Shown: positions 43,887 through 53,700 of the stretch, piece after piece
Numbering within the stretch: the first letter of the stretch is position 1
Layout: each line of letters starts with the position of its first letter
Assembly (NCBI GenBank): GCA_002327305.1
Contig: DCUZ01000073.1
Coordinates: forward strand, 2,623-66,622
From: Holophagales bacterium UBA2201
GTDB lineage: Bacteria; Acidobacteriota; Thermoanaerobaculia; UBA2201
Reading direction: 5' to 3'
DNA length: 64,000 nt
The notes under the pieces: generated by a model
Told to the model about the DNA's origin: nothing
What the model saw: the letters and a program-made list of their open reading frames with translations, nothing else
Database searches by the model: none
Position numbers and translations under genes: made by a program

Positions 43887-45986
43887 CTACGGGTTGAGCA
43901 GGGCCTGGGCCGCGGCGCGGAGATATTTGTTCTCCGACGCGGTCACCGTCCGCAAATCTTCGGGGACAAGGGGCTTGAGAATTTCCCCGCAGATCCCCAC
44001 GGTATCGATCGCGGCGTTGTTGTGCTTGATCCACGCTTCGTTGACGAGGGGGAGGCGGTCGTCGAACGCCTGCCCCTTGCCGGGCTTGTTCCCCCGGGAG
44101 AAGCGCTCCGCGAGGAGCCGGCCATCGCCAGCGAGGACTTGGACCGTCAACCGTTCCACGAGCACCCGGCCCCGCAGGGGCGGATAGCCCCCACCCTCCC
44201 GTTCGCGCACATAGCGCCGCTCCATCATTTCCCGGTCGACCCGGACCTCCAGGGGACCGAACCGCTGCATCATCACGGGTTGGGAGAGCGCGGCCTTCAG
44301 GCGGGCCACCCTGGGATCGGGAAGCGGGACCGCCTCCTGGTTGAACCGGCGGACGCGATCTCGCAAACCCTCGTCCTCGATGGCGTCCAGGCGGTCCATT
44401 TCGTACAGGCGGCGCCAGAGCGCCTCGCGCACATCCTCGTCCGGTTCCGTCGCCGCCCTGCGGGCCAGGACGACGGGATCGCGCACCATGGAGACGGCCT
44501 CGGTCCGCAGGCGCCAGTCGGGGCCGTTCTCAAGATAGGCGGCCAGCAGCGCCGGGTCGCTCAGGCGGCGAAGGGCGGTTTCGCGGACCCCGGTGCTGGG
44601 GTCGTCCCGAAGAATGCGATCGAGAAGGGGAGGGTCGAGCAGGCGGCTGACCGCATATTTTCGAACCAGCGCGGAGGGGTCCTCTTGGGCCGTCCGGGCG
44701 AAGATCGCCGGAGTCCCCGGGAGGGACCGGACCGCTTCGGCCCTCACCTCCCCGTCGGGATCCAGAAGGATCCAGTTCAGCGCGTTCGGGTCGGTCAGGC
44801 GCACCACCGCCTCCTTCCGCGCCTCGGGCGAGGGGTCGCGCCGCGCGATCTCCTCCAGCAGGACCTGATTCGACAGCCGGGAAGCCGCCCGGGCCCGGGT
44901 CCCTCCGTCCCCATCCTCGCGGGCCACGCGGGCCAGAAAGGCCTGGTCCTCCACGCGGGAAGTGGCGGCCCGCCGCACTTCGGGAGCGGGGTCCCCATCG
45001 GCCAGCCGGTAAAGGAGGTCCGGGTCCCGGACGGCCGCGACCGCGGCGCGGCGGACCTCGGCCGGTTGGCTGGGGTCATCCAGCAGCCGGAGCGCGTCCA
45101 CGCCGGAAAGCCGGGCCGCCGCGGCGGCGCGCACGGGGAGAGGCGCGGAGGGATCGAAAGCCGTCCGGCGGAGGACCTCCCCGTCCTCCGTCCGACCGAG
45201 GGCCAGAATGCGCGCGTCCGGCGCCGTTTCCAAAAGGGCCAGCCGGGCCAGGGTCCCGGGATCGCGGATCCCCATCACGGCCCTTTTCCGGACTGCCGGG
45301 TCTCTTGTCTCCCTGGCCAGCCGGGCCAGGCCCTCCGCGTCGTCCAGCGCCGTCGCGGCCGCCAGGCGGAGGTCGGGATCGGGATCGTCGAGGGCGATGG
45401 GGATCAGGGATTGCGGAAGGGTCAGACGGCGGACCGCGGTCTCGCGGACCTCGGGGTCCGGATCGGTTTGGATGATCTCGAGAAGAACGGTTTCGTTGGA
45501 AAGACGCCCCGCCGTTTCCTGACGGATGAAGGGCTCTTCGTCTGAGCGGGCCGTTTCCGCCAGAAGGAGGGGGTCCGTCACCCGGGCCAGGGCCTTCTGC
45601 CGGAGGAACCAGTCCCCCTTTCGCGCGAGACGGGCAAGGGCTTCCGGGTCGTCCAGATGGTCGATGGCCTCGACCCGGACATCCTTCCATCGCGACTCCC
45701 ACGCCACGCGCTCCAGGTCGGCCGGGTCCTTCAGCCGGTCCACGGCCGCCAGGGCCAGGTGGATGTCGGGTGCGGCGATGGCCAGCCGCAGGGCGCCGGG
45801 GTCCGGGGCGGTTTCCGTTTTGACGGGCAGAGGGGCGGTGGTGCAGGACAGGACCAGAGCCCATAGGATGACGGCGGCGGCCCTGCGCAGCCCCGCGGGA
45901 GGCGCGGCGGGACGGAGGGGATCGGGGGAGGCGGAACGGGAGGAAGAGGATCGCAAGAGGTCTCCTTTACGGGGCGCGTCCTTCAT
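43887..45986 (-). CDS. secreted HEAT / PBS-lyase-like repeat protein (paralog of 54993..57239)
   Basis: Many DPDPEVRETAVRRL-type repeats, a signal or lipoprotein-like sequence (AVILWALVLSC), and a conserved non-repeat C-terminal domain (ERRYVREREGGGYPPLRGR...). The start is uncertain; the ATG at 45984-45986 was chosen. Confidence 0.7.
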   Translation of the reverse strand: MKDAPRKGDLLRSSSSRSASPDPLRPAAPPAGLRRAAAVILWALVLSCTTAPLPVKTETAPDPGALRLAIAAPDIHLALAAVDRLKDPADLERVAWESRWKDVRVEAIDHLDDPEALARLARKGDWFLRQKALARVTDPLLLAETARSDEEPFIRQETAGRLSNETVLLEIIQTDPDPEVRETAVRRLTLPQSLIPIALDDPDPDLRLAAATALDDAEGLARLARETRDPAVRKRAVMGIRDPGTLARLALLETAPDARILALGRTEDGEVLRRTAFDPSAPLPVRAAAAARLSGVDALRLLDDPSQPAEVRRAAVAAVRDPDLLYRLADGDPAPEVRRAATSRVEDQAFLARVAREDGDGGTRARAASRLSNQVLLEEIARRDPSPEARKEAVVRLTDPNALNWILLDPDGEVRAEAVRSLPGTPAIFARTAQEDPSALVRKYAVSRLLDPPLLDRILRDDPSTGVRETALRRLSDPALLAAYLENGPDWRLRTEAVSMVRDPVVLARRAATEPDEDVREALWRRLYEMDRLDAIEDEGLRDRVRRFNQEAVPLPDPRVARLKAALSQPVMMQRFGPLEVRVDREMMERRYVREREGGGYPPLRGRVLVERLTVQVLAGDGRLLAERFSRGNKPGKGQAFDDRLPLVNEAWIKHNNAAIDTVGICGEILKPLVPEDLRTVTASENKYLRAAAQALLNP

Positions 45987-46075
45987 CGCCCTGTTCCGGA
46001 ACGGGAACGAAGGCGAGGGGACGCAAACGCCCCCGGCGGGTCGCCGGGGGCGGATGAACATGGCAAAACGGAGGG

Positions 46076-49000
46076 TCACCGGTTGCAGTAGCTGTCGGCC
46101 GTGCGCACCACCGGGCCCGTGGCGAAGCCCAGGGGCCCCTCGGCCGCAAAACCGTTGTCGCCGGTCACCAGGAAGAAGAGGGCGGGGGCTTCGCCCGTCA
46201 GTCCGGCATCCAGGTCCACGCCGGTCAGGGTGAGCATCCCTTCCGCGTCGGGGCCCGTCCATCCGGACAGCGAACACAACGCGTCCCCTTCGGCGGGATT
46301 GGTGACCAGGAACGGCGCCGTGGCGGCCGTCTTGGAGACATAGACCTGATAATGCGAGGCCCCCACTTCCTCGAACCGAAGGTCCACGAGGGCGGGGTCG
46401 GTGTTCTTGGCCGCCTTCAGCCGATGGTCCGGAATGCCGGAAACTTCCGGAGGGGCGGCCGCGGCGCAGGTGCCGGCCGCAACGTCGGAGCAGTCCCATC
46501 CGCCGCCGGGAGGCGTGTAATTGATGCGAAGGATGGGTTGGTAGGCCGGATTGGTCGTGTAGTCGTTGGAGGCGAACTGATAGGTCCGTTCACCTTGGTT
46601 GTTTTCGGTGTTGTCCTGGAGCATGAGTCCGTGGTTGGCGACTGCGCCGTCGTGCCAGTTTTGCACCAGCGTTGCGAGGCCGGTCCAGATCTTCCACCCG
46701 GTCGTGATCCCGGCTGCTATTGATGACTGGACCGTGGCGTTATAATTAGCGCTCATGTTCGTCCAGGTGGCGCCTGTCTCCGTCCAAGCGGTACTCAGAT
46801 AATGGACATTCAGCGTTCGGGTGTCCGAGGCCGCCGCCGTGCAGTACAGTTCCAGTTGGGCCGTGTTAATGGTGGATCCGGCCGGAATGGAGGAGAGGTC
46901 GAAATTAAGCAGCGCCCTCCGGTTCCTTTGCGTGCCCTGTTGGCGCAAACTCGTGACATACAGAGTGGAGGCTGTACCGTAGTTGGTGCTCGAGCTGTCC
47001 TGCTGGATATAGGTGTCGGCAATCGAGGGCTGGATGGCCAAATCAACGGGCGTTCCTCCCCCAAGGTTCTCTCCCACGGTGGCGCTGAACGCGTCGGATT
47101 CATTCGCCCCGGCCGGGGTCAGCTCGGTGCAGGTCTTGGTGACGATGTCGAAGCCGATGTCGGTTCCGCATCCAAAGGACGCCTCAAAGTCGTCGTCAAT
47201 GACGAATTCGAAGGTATAGACCGCGGTTCCGCCGACGGCCATGGCGCCGTAGAGGCCCGGATTGTTGCACACGGTGATCCCGTTGCCGGCCAGTTGCGCC
47301 GTGACGGCGGTGGCCCCGGCGTCGCCCGTGTTGCGCAGGGTCACCACGACGCTGTATTTCTCGCCCGGTTCGGCGTTCCCGTCGCCGTCGCCGGTGATCT
47401 GGGCCGGCACACCGTGCGAGAGATAGACGATGTTCGGAAGGCAGACGGTTGTGGTGGTGGAACAGGCCCCGTTGGCGCTGGTTCCGCAGGCGTTCTTGGC
47501 CTTGATATAGTAGCTGTATTGCGCATTCCCGGTCAGGCCGGTGTTGGTGTAGGTGGTGGCGCCGCCGGTGGTGGAGACGACCTGCGTCGCGCCGGTGCAG
47601 TTCGCGCCCGGGTTGCGCCACACCTCGTAGTCGGAAGCGCCGGAGACGGCGCTCCAGCTCAGGGCCACGCTGGTGCAGCCGGGGGTCAGCGCCGGGGCGC
47701 CGGGCGCGGCGGGAGTGGCGAGCGTGGTGGTGGTGGCGCAGGCCCCGTTGGCGCTGGTTCCGCAGGCGTTCTTGGCCTTGATGAAGTAACTGTATTGCGT
47801 GCCGGTGGTCAGGCCGGTGTTGGTGTAGGTGGTGGCGCCGCCGGTGGTGGAGACGACCTGCGTCGCACCGGTGCAGTTCGCGCCCGGGTTGCGCCACACC
47901 TCGTAGTCGGAGGCGCCGGAGACGGCGCTCCAGCTCAGGGCCACGCTGGTGCAGGAGGGGGTGAGGGCGGGGGCGGCGGGGGCCGTCGGAACGGCCAGGC
48001 GCACGCCGGCGTCGCAGGCGCTGGCGGGGCCGGCGCACGAACCGTTCAACGCCACGACCCAGTACTGGTAGGAGGTCCCGGCCACGGCGCTGGCGTCGGT
48101 ATACGGGCTGGTAACGCCGGTGAAGGTGTTCTGGGCCGTGCCGCAGACTGTGCCGCGCAGGACATTGTAACCGGTGGCGCCGGAGGCGGTGTTCCAAGTC
48201 ACCTGCACGTCGGTGCACCGGCTGTCGGTGGCCGCTACGCCCGTGGGGGCGGCGGGGGTGGCGAGGCGGGTGGCGGTGCGGCAATTGCTGTAGGCCGATT
48301 CGTTGACACCGCCGCCGTCGCAGGCGCCCTTGATGACATAGGCGTATTGGGTCCCGCCCACGGCGGAAGTATCGGCATACGTGGTGCCGGTGACGGGGCC
48401 GGCGATCTTGGCATAGGTCCCGCCGCAGGTTCCCTCCTTGCGGTAGACATTGTAGGAAAGGGTGGTGCCGGTTCCGGCGGACCAGGCCAGGTTCACGCCG
48501 CTGCAGTCCCCGGCGGCGGCGGTGAGGTTCGGGGCTCCCGGGGCGGTGCAGGTGCCGCACTGATCGAATTTGAAGGAGGCGATGTTTGTGGCGCTGTTGT
48601 TCGCCCCCTCTTCGTACATCCCGAAGAACCAGAAGGTGCAGTCGTCCGCCGGATCAACGCCCATGCCGGCATAGTCGCCCCAGCGGTCATAGGTGCTCTG
48701 GTAGCTGGTGCCGGCCTGGATGGTGTTGTCGACGGAGGAGAGGGTGCCGAGGGTGTCGGTGGAGAGGCGTCCGGCGTAGTAGGCCCCCGCGTAGGAGGAA
48801 CCGCTGGTGCGGGTATAGCCCAGGGCGATGTTGCCGCTTCCGTCCATCGCCACGCTGGTGACGCCCCGGTGGTAGGCGTCGTTGGCCAGGACCCCCTCCT
48901 GGTACTTGGTCCAGTTACCGCTTCCGGGAGGGGTGCGGCGCAGTTCGAACCAGTGGACGGCGGACTGGTTGGTGCCGTCCACGTCCTCCACGAATCCCCC

Positions 49001-50164
49001 CACGAGGGTCTCGTGCGTGGACCAGTTGCGGTATTGCAGGGGGAAATGGATGGGCTCGCGGATGGGGTCCAGCAGGCGCGTGGTCCCCGACTGAGGCATA
49101 CAGCCGAACTGGGTGGTGCCGCACACCGTCTGGTCCCAATCGGTCAACTGGGCGCTCGTCAGCTGGGTGAACGAGCCGGTGGGGGTGGAGCCCCAGGTGA
49201 CCTTGAACTCCCAGATCTCCATCAGGTCGCAGTTGGTGCAGGTGCCGCCGTGGATCTCGGTGTCCCGGGGGCGGAGGAAGAAGCCGCCGGAAGAGGAGGG
49301 CGGCAGGGTGGCGCCGGCGTGGTTGGCGGGCATCGTCAATTGGAAGCCCCAGCCCGAAAGACCGGTGACGGTGAATGAGAGGAGCCGGGCCGTCTGGCCG
49401 GCCAGCATCTTGTCGCGTTCGAGGGCGATGACATAGCCGCCGTTGTTGGCCCCCACGAAATAGGCGCTATTGTCGGCCGCGGGCCAGACGCCGTAGTGGG
49501 GGTAGTCCTGGTCGGTTCCTGGGGGGTTGAAAGGGTAATAGTAATAGGTGCCGGTAGGATCGGGCGAGGTGGAAACATAGACACAGAGGTTGTCGATGGA
49601 GGAGTCGAATTCGCTGATCAACCACCGGTCAGCGGCCCGGTCGTAGAGGATGATGGGGTCGCAGTAGCCGTTGGTGCAGGGGGAGGCGGTGGCCAGAGTT
49701 TCCATGGACTTGTTGGCCAGGAGGGTTGCGCCGGTCTTGTCGAGGACCCGGACCACCGACCCGCTGCTGCCGTTGACTCCCTGAACCACATGGTTGGGCC
49801 CCACATCCCCGGTGGGATCCGGGGGGGGGACGCCGTAGTCGAGCCCTTTGACGTTGACGATGGTGGTCCCAAAGGCCTTCTGGGTCCTGGAGTCGGCGGG
49901 TTGGGCCTCCGACTGCAGTTTGGCGAGAGGGTTGTCGTGAGGCGGGAAATCCAGTTCCGGGACGAAAATGCCGTGGGTGTCCCTCTGCTTCCCTTCGATG
50001 CTCATCAGGTTTTCCATGTCGGGAGTGTCGGGCAGATCCCGCAGGGCTGGGGTGATGGACGGCACCACGGGTTCGGAAACATAGACGGGCTCGTCGGCTG
50101 TTGCCGGGAACGCTCCCGTCATCAGGAAGAACACGGCGAGGATAATCGATGGACGAAACGGCAT
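46076..50164 (-). CDS. giant (~1360 aa) cysteine-rich secreted multidomain protein, paralog of 50711..54979
   Basis: Signal peptide MPFRPSIILAVFFLMTGAFPATA with an AAGGAG RBS. A conserved ~520-aa N-terminal domain (TGDVGPNH, GYCDPI, YPHYGVWP, RWGDYAGMGVDP, DDCTFWF) is followed by FN3-like repeats and a C-terminal domain ending in Cys. Confidence 0.75.
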   Translation of the reverse strand: MPFRPSIILAVFFLMTGAFPATADEPVYVSEPVVPSITPALRDLPDTPDMENLMSIEGKQRDTHGIFVPELDFPPHDNPLAKLQSEAQPADSRTQKAFGTTIVNVKGLDYGVPPPDPTGDVGPNHVVQGVNGSSGSVVRVLDKTGATLLANKSMETLATASPCTNGYCDPIILYDRAADRWLISEFDSSIDNLCVYVSTSPDPTGTYYYYPFNPPGTDQDYPHYGVWPAADNSAYFVGANNGGYVIALERDKMLAGQTARLLSFTVTGLSGWGFQLTMPANHAGATLPPSSSGGFFLRPRDTEIHGGTCTNCDLMEIWEFKVTWGSTPTGSFTQLTSAQLTDWDQTVCGTTQFGCMPQSGTTRLLDPIREPIHFPLQYRNWSTHETLVGGFVEDVDGTNQSAVHWFELRRTPPGSGNWTKYQEGVLANDAYHRGVTSVAMDGSGNIALGYTRTSGSSYAGAYYAGRLSTDTLGTLSSVDNTIQAGTSYQSTYDRWGDYAGMGVDPADDCTFWFFGMYEEGANNSATNIASFKFDQCGTCTAPGAPNLTAAAGDCSGVNLAWSAGTGTTLSYNVYRKEGTCGGTYAKIAGPVTGTTYADTSAVGGTQYAYVIKGACDGGGVNESAYSNCRTATRLATPAAPTGVAATDSRCTDVQVTWNTASGATGYNVLRGTVCGTAQNTFTGVTSPYTDASAVAGTSYQYWVVALNGSCAGPASACDAGVRLAVPTAPAAPALTPSCTSVALSWSAVSGASDYEVWRNPGANCTGATQVVSTTGGATTYTNTGLTTGTQYSYFIKAKNACGTSANGACATTTTLATPAAPGAPALTPGCTSVALSWSAVSGASDYEVWRNPGANCTGATQVVSTTGGATTYTNTGLTGNAQYSYYIKAKNACGTSANGACSTTTTVCLPNIVYLSHGVPAQITGDGDGNAEPGEKYSVVVTLRNTGDAGATAVTAQLAGNGITVCNNPGLYGAMAVGGTAVYTFEFVIDDDFEASFGCGTDIGFDIVTKTCTELTPAGANESDAFSATVGENLGGGTPVDLAIQPSIADTYIQQDSSSTNYGTASTLYVTSLRQQGTQRNRRALLNFDLSSIPAGSTINTAQLELYCTAAASDTRTLNVHYLSTAWTETGATWTNMSANYNATVQSSIAAGITTGWKIWTGLATLVQNWHDGAVANHGLMLQDNTENNQGERTYQFASNDYTTNPAYQPILRINYTPPGGGWDCSDVAAGTCAAAAPPEVSGIPDHRLKAAKNTDPALVDLRFEEVGASHYQVYVSKTAATAPFLVTNPAEGDALCSLSGWTGPDAEGMLTLTGVDLDAGLTGEAPALFFLVTGDNGFAAEGPLGFATGPVVRTADSYCNR

Positions 50165-50180
50165 TTTACACTCCTTAACA

Positions 50181-50201
50181 ATCAGGCGATATCTGCCTGA
50201 T
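50181..50201. promoter_or_regulatory. perfect inverted repeat ATCAGGC-GATATCT-GCCTGAT 17 nt upstream of the giant-protein start codon (candidate operator)
   Basis: 7-bp arms around a palindromic GATATC centre, inside an AT-rich 545-bp intergenic region. Confidence 0.35.
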
Positions 50202-50644
50202 TGCAAATGAACTTTGCGTAATCAATTGAAAGGGTAGCACTAAATGATATCTTATGTCAAGGATGTATTATGATTGTTGAAGGGTGTTTAGGAATTTCAT
50301 GGATTTGGAGGCGCCGGGGGCAAGCTTTGTGTGATCGTTCTCCGGGTGGAGCACTTTCGCGCTTATCGTTCGGCCAACGCCTTCAGGAACGATTCATTTT
50401 GATGGAGTCGCTGAGGGCTTCGTAATAGTACTCCGACTTGCAGGAGCGGCCGAACGCCTGGCTGTGTCGCTGGCGGTGCCGGACCGGAGCAGGTCACCGC
50501 CTTTGGACCTGGCTTTGATTTTCAGAGAAAGGTCGCCCTGACAGGAGGAGGTCTCCATGACGAACAACCCATTATTTTCCAGCAGTTTTTATGGAAGTAC
50601 CGGGTGGTTGGCCCTTGTCTCATTCGCCCGTTGAGACAAGCAAT

Positions 50645-50670
50645 TGCCCCCGCCGATGGTCCGGCGGGGG
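50645..50670 (-). terminator. GC-rich hairpin GCCCCCGCCG-ATGGTC-CGGCGGGGGC downstream of the 50711..54979 gene
   Basis: 10-bp perfect stem about 40 nt after the stop. Confidence 0.5.
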
Positions 50671-50710
50671 CAGGGGCGTTCGGGAGGAGCGGGGGGGGGC
50701 GCAGCGCCTG

Positions 50711-53700
50711 CTAACAGGGGCCTGAGGAGTTGAGGACGCGGGGGCCGGTGGAGGCGGCGCCGAAGGGGCCCGATCCGCCGGAGCCCTCGCCGCGGATGAG
50801 ATACCAGTAGAAGCCGCCGCTCACCCCTGAGGGATCGTCGGCGGAGAGGTCCACCGAGGTCTGGTCGGGAGCGGGGGTGGTGGCGCGGAGGCAGGCATCG
50901 GGGACGCCGTCCACCAGGAGGGATGGCAGGTCGGCCGGGACGCCGCGAAAGACGCTGTAGCCGTTGGTCGCCTTGGGGTCGGCCGCCCAGGCCAGCGCCC
51001 CGCCCGTCCAATGGGCGGTCTGCACCGCCGCCGGGTAGGGGGCGCCGGTGACGCAGGGGTTGTCCACGATGCCGGTGACCTTGACGTTGTCCAGTTCCCA
51101 GTACCAGTCGTCCTGCGCCACATAGCGGAAGCGCACCTTGCAGTTGGTCTGCCCGGCGTAGGGGAGCAGATTGAGGGTGCCGTGATTGTAAAGCGAGGTG
51201 GTGCCCGTGGTGGCCGTGTAGGTGATCAGGTTGGTCCAGGATGGCGTCTGGTCCGACATGAAGTCCACGTAGCCGTACTCGTCGGGGGTGCTATAGACGT
51301 AGAAATAATGGTCGTATTCCAGGTTGGCCGATGAGGCGCCGGCCGGGAGGTTGAAGGCCGGCGTGATCAACCACTCGTCCTGGTTTTCGACCGGGCTGTA
51401 GTTGACCCGGGCGATGTAACCGTAGGAACCGCCCTTGTTATAGCGGTACCAATCGTTGGTATTCCAGGTTCCCGGGATGCTTCCGTGGTCCTCGATCGTC
51501 CACCCGGCGGGCGGATTGTCGCCATAGGTGCCCCAGGCGCCCTCGAAGTTCTCCAGCGCCAGGGCGGTGAAGGGCCCCCCGCCGCTTCCCGTGGGGGCGC
51601 CGGAGCGCTCCACGGTGTTGGTCTCCTCAATTCCGTTCTGGACGGTGACGGCGCGGGTCTTGTAGTAGTAGGGGGTCCCGCTTTCGAGAGAGTCGGTGTC
51701 CTGGTAGGTGGTGCCGGTGACCCCGGCGGCGATGCGGTTGCCGATGGCCGGCGTAAAGCCGGGCGAGGTGTCGCGGTAGACATTGTAGGTGACGCCCCCC
51801 GGGCAGGGGGTCGTGCCGGCGTCCCAGTCCAGGTCGAGGGTGCAGGTGGCCTCGCCGGGGTTGGTGACGGAGCCCAGTCCGACGAAGGTGGGCTCGGCCT
51901 GCCAGGTGATCTGCGTGGGGAGGGCGTCCGACATGGCGGAGGAACAGCCCGACCCCTTGATATGGCAGTTGTAGAGGTGCGTCCCGGTGTCGTTGGCGCT
52001 GTAGGTGGAGGCCGTGGCTCCGCCGATGGGGTTGAGGCCGTCGTACCACTGATAGGTCATTCCCACGCCGCCGGTGGGGCTGGCACTCAGGAGTTGGGCC
52101 GTCCCCGCGCACAGCGTCAGCGGCCCGTCCGGGATGACGCTCACAAGAGAGGGGTTGTTGGCACAGGATGAGCCGGTGGAGCAGGGCACGGGAACGAACC
52201 CAGTGACGAGCACGTTGTCCACCATCCAGTACCAGCCATAGGTCCCCGTGTATCGGAACCGGACCTTGACCTGGGCGGCCGTGCCCGCCAGGGCTGTGAT
52301 GTCCAGCGTCCTGTGGCTGGCCGTCGAGGAGGTTCCTACGGTCGTTGTCCAAGAGGTATGGGTCGTCCAGGTGCTCCCGTTGTTGTTGGACACATCGATG
52401 TAGGCCACGCTGCCGCTGTAGTGATAGTAGTAGGTGTCGAACTCCAGCGTCACCGTGGACGCTCCCGTGCAGTCAAAGGCCGGCGTGATCAGGCTATCAT
52501 CCTGCGAGACCCCGCTTCCATCCCTGTCGCTGTCGATGATCTCGATGGGGGCGGTCATCCCGGCGGGGATGGTCCTCCCGCCAGGATTGAGCGTCGTCCA
52601 CCGTTGCGTGCCGGTGCCGCCGTTCGCGATCGTCCAGCCCGCGGGAGGGTCGCCGGTCCCAAAGGCCTCGTCGATGTAGGTCTGGGGCCCCCCGCCGGGC
52701 CCGAAGGGGGCACCACTCTCCTCATGAGTGTTGGCCTCCTCGAAGCCGTTGACGCTGTCCACCGAGCGGACCACGTAGTAATAGGTGGTGCCGCTCGCGA
52801 GATTGTCCAGGTCCTGGTAGGTGGTTCCGGTGACGCCCGCGGCGATGCGGTTGCCCTCCCCGGGGGTGAAGCCGGAGGTAGTGGAGCGGTAGATGTTGTA
52901 GGTGACCGAACCGGAGCAGTTGGAGGTGCCTGAGCTCCAGGAGAGGTTGAGGATGCAGGTGGCGGAAGCCGGGTTGATTACGCTCGCAATGCCGGCGAAA
53001 GTCGGGGACAGGGTGCACGCGCCTGTGGCGAGGGCGTTGACCTCGCTGGAGGTGGGGGAGGTGCAGGCCGCGCCGTCGTTGGACTTGACGACATAGTAAT
53101 AGCGGGTCCCGCCGGAGACGGTGCCGTCCGTGTAGATGTAGGTGGGGCTGTTGTCGTCCGCAACCTCGGCGATCTGCTCGTAGGGGCCGCCCGCTGTGGT
53201 GGAACGGTACACCCAATACCGTGTGATGGTGGAGGTGGCGGAGTCGTTCCACGAAATGTTGATCTCGTTGTCGCCGGGGACCCAGGCCGATGCCGTCGGG
53301 GCCGGCGGGACGGCGAGACAGCCGCAGGCGTCGAACTTGAAGGCGGCGATCTTGGTCTGGCCGCTTCCGCCGTATTCGGTGACGAACCAGAAGGTGCAGC
53401 CGTCGGAGGGATCCACACCGATGCCGGCGTAGTCGCCCCACCGCTCGTTGTTGGTCTTGGAGGTGGAGGCGTCCTGGATCACATACTCGTAGTAGGGCAT
53501 GGTCCCCAGGGGGTCGGTGGCGAGGCGTCCGGCGTAGTAGATGGAAGGGTAGTAGGGGGCGAGCGAACCCGTGCGGGTATATCCGACGGCGATGTTGCCG
53601 GAGGAGTCCATGGCGGCCGAGCACACGGAGCGGTTGATGGTGTTGGACCCGGAGGTGGTGGCCAGGACCCCCTCCTGGTGGGAGACCCAGGCGCCGCTTC

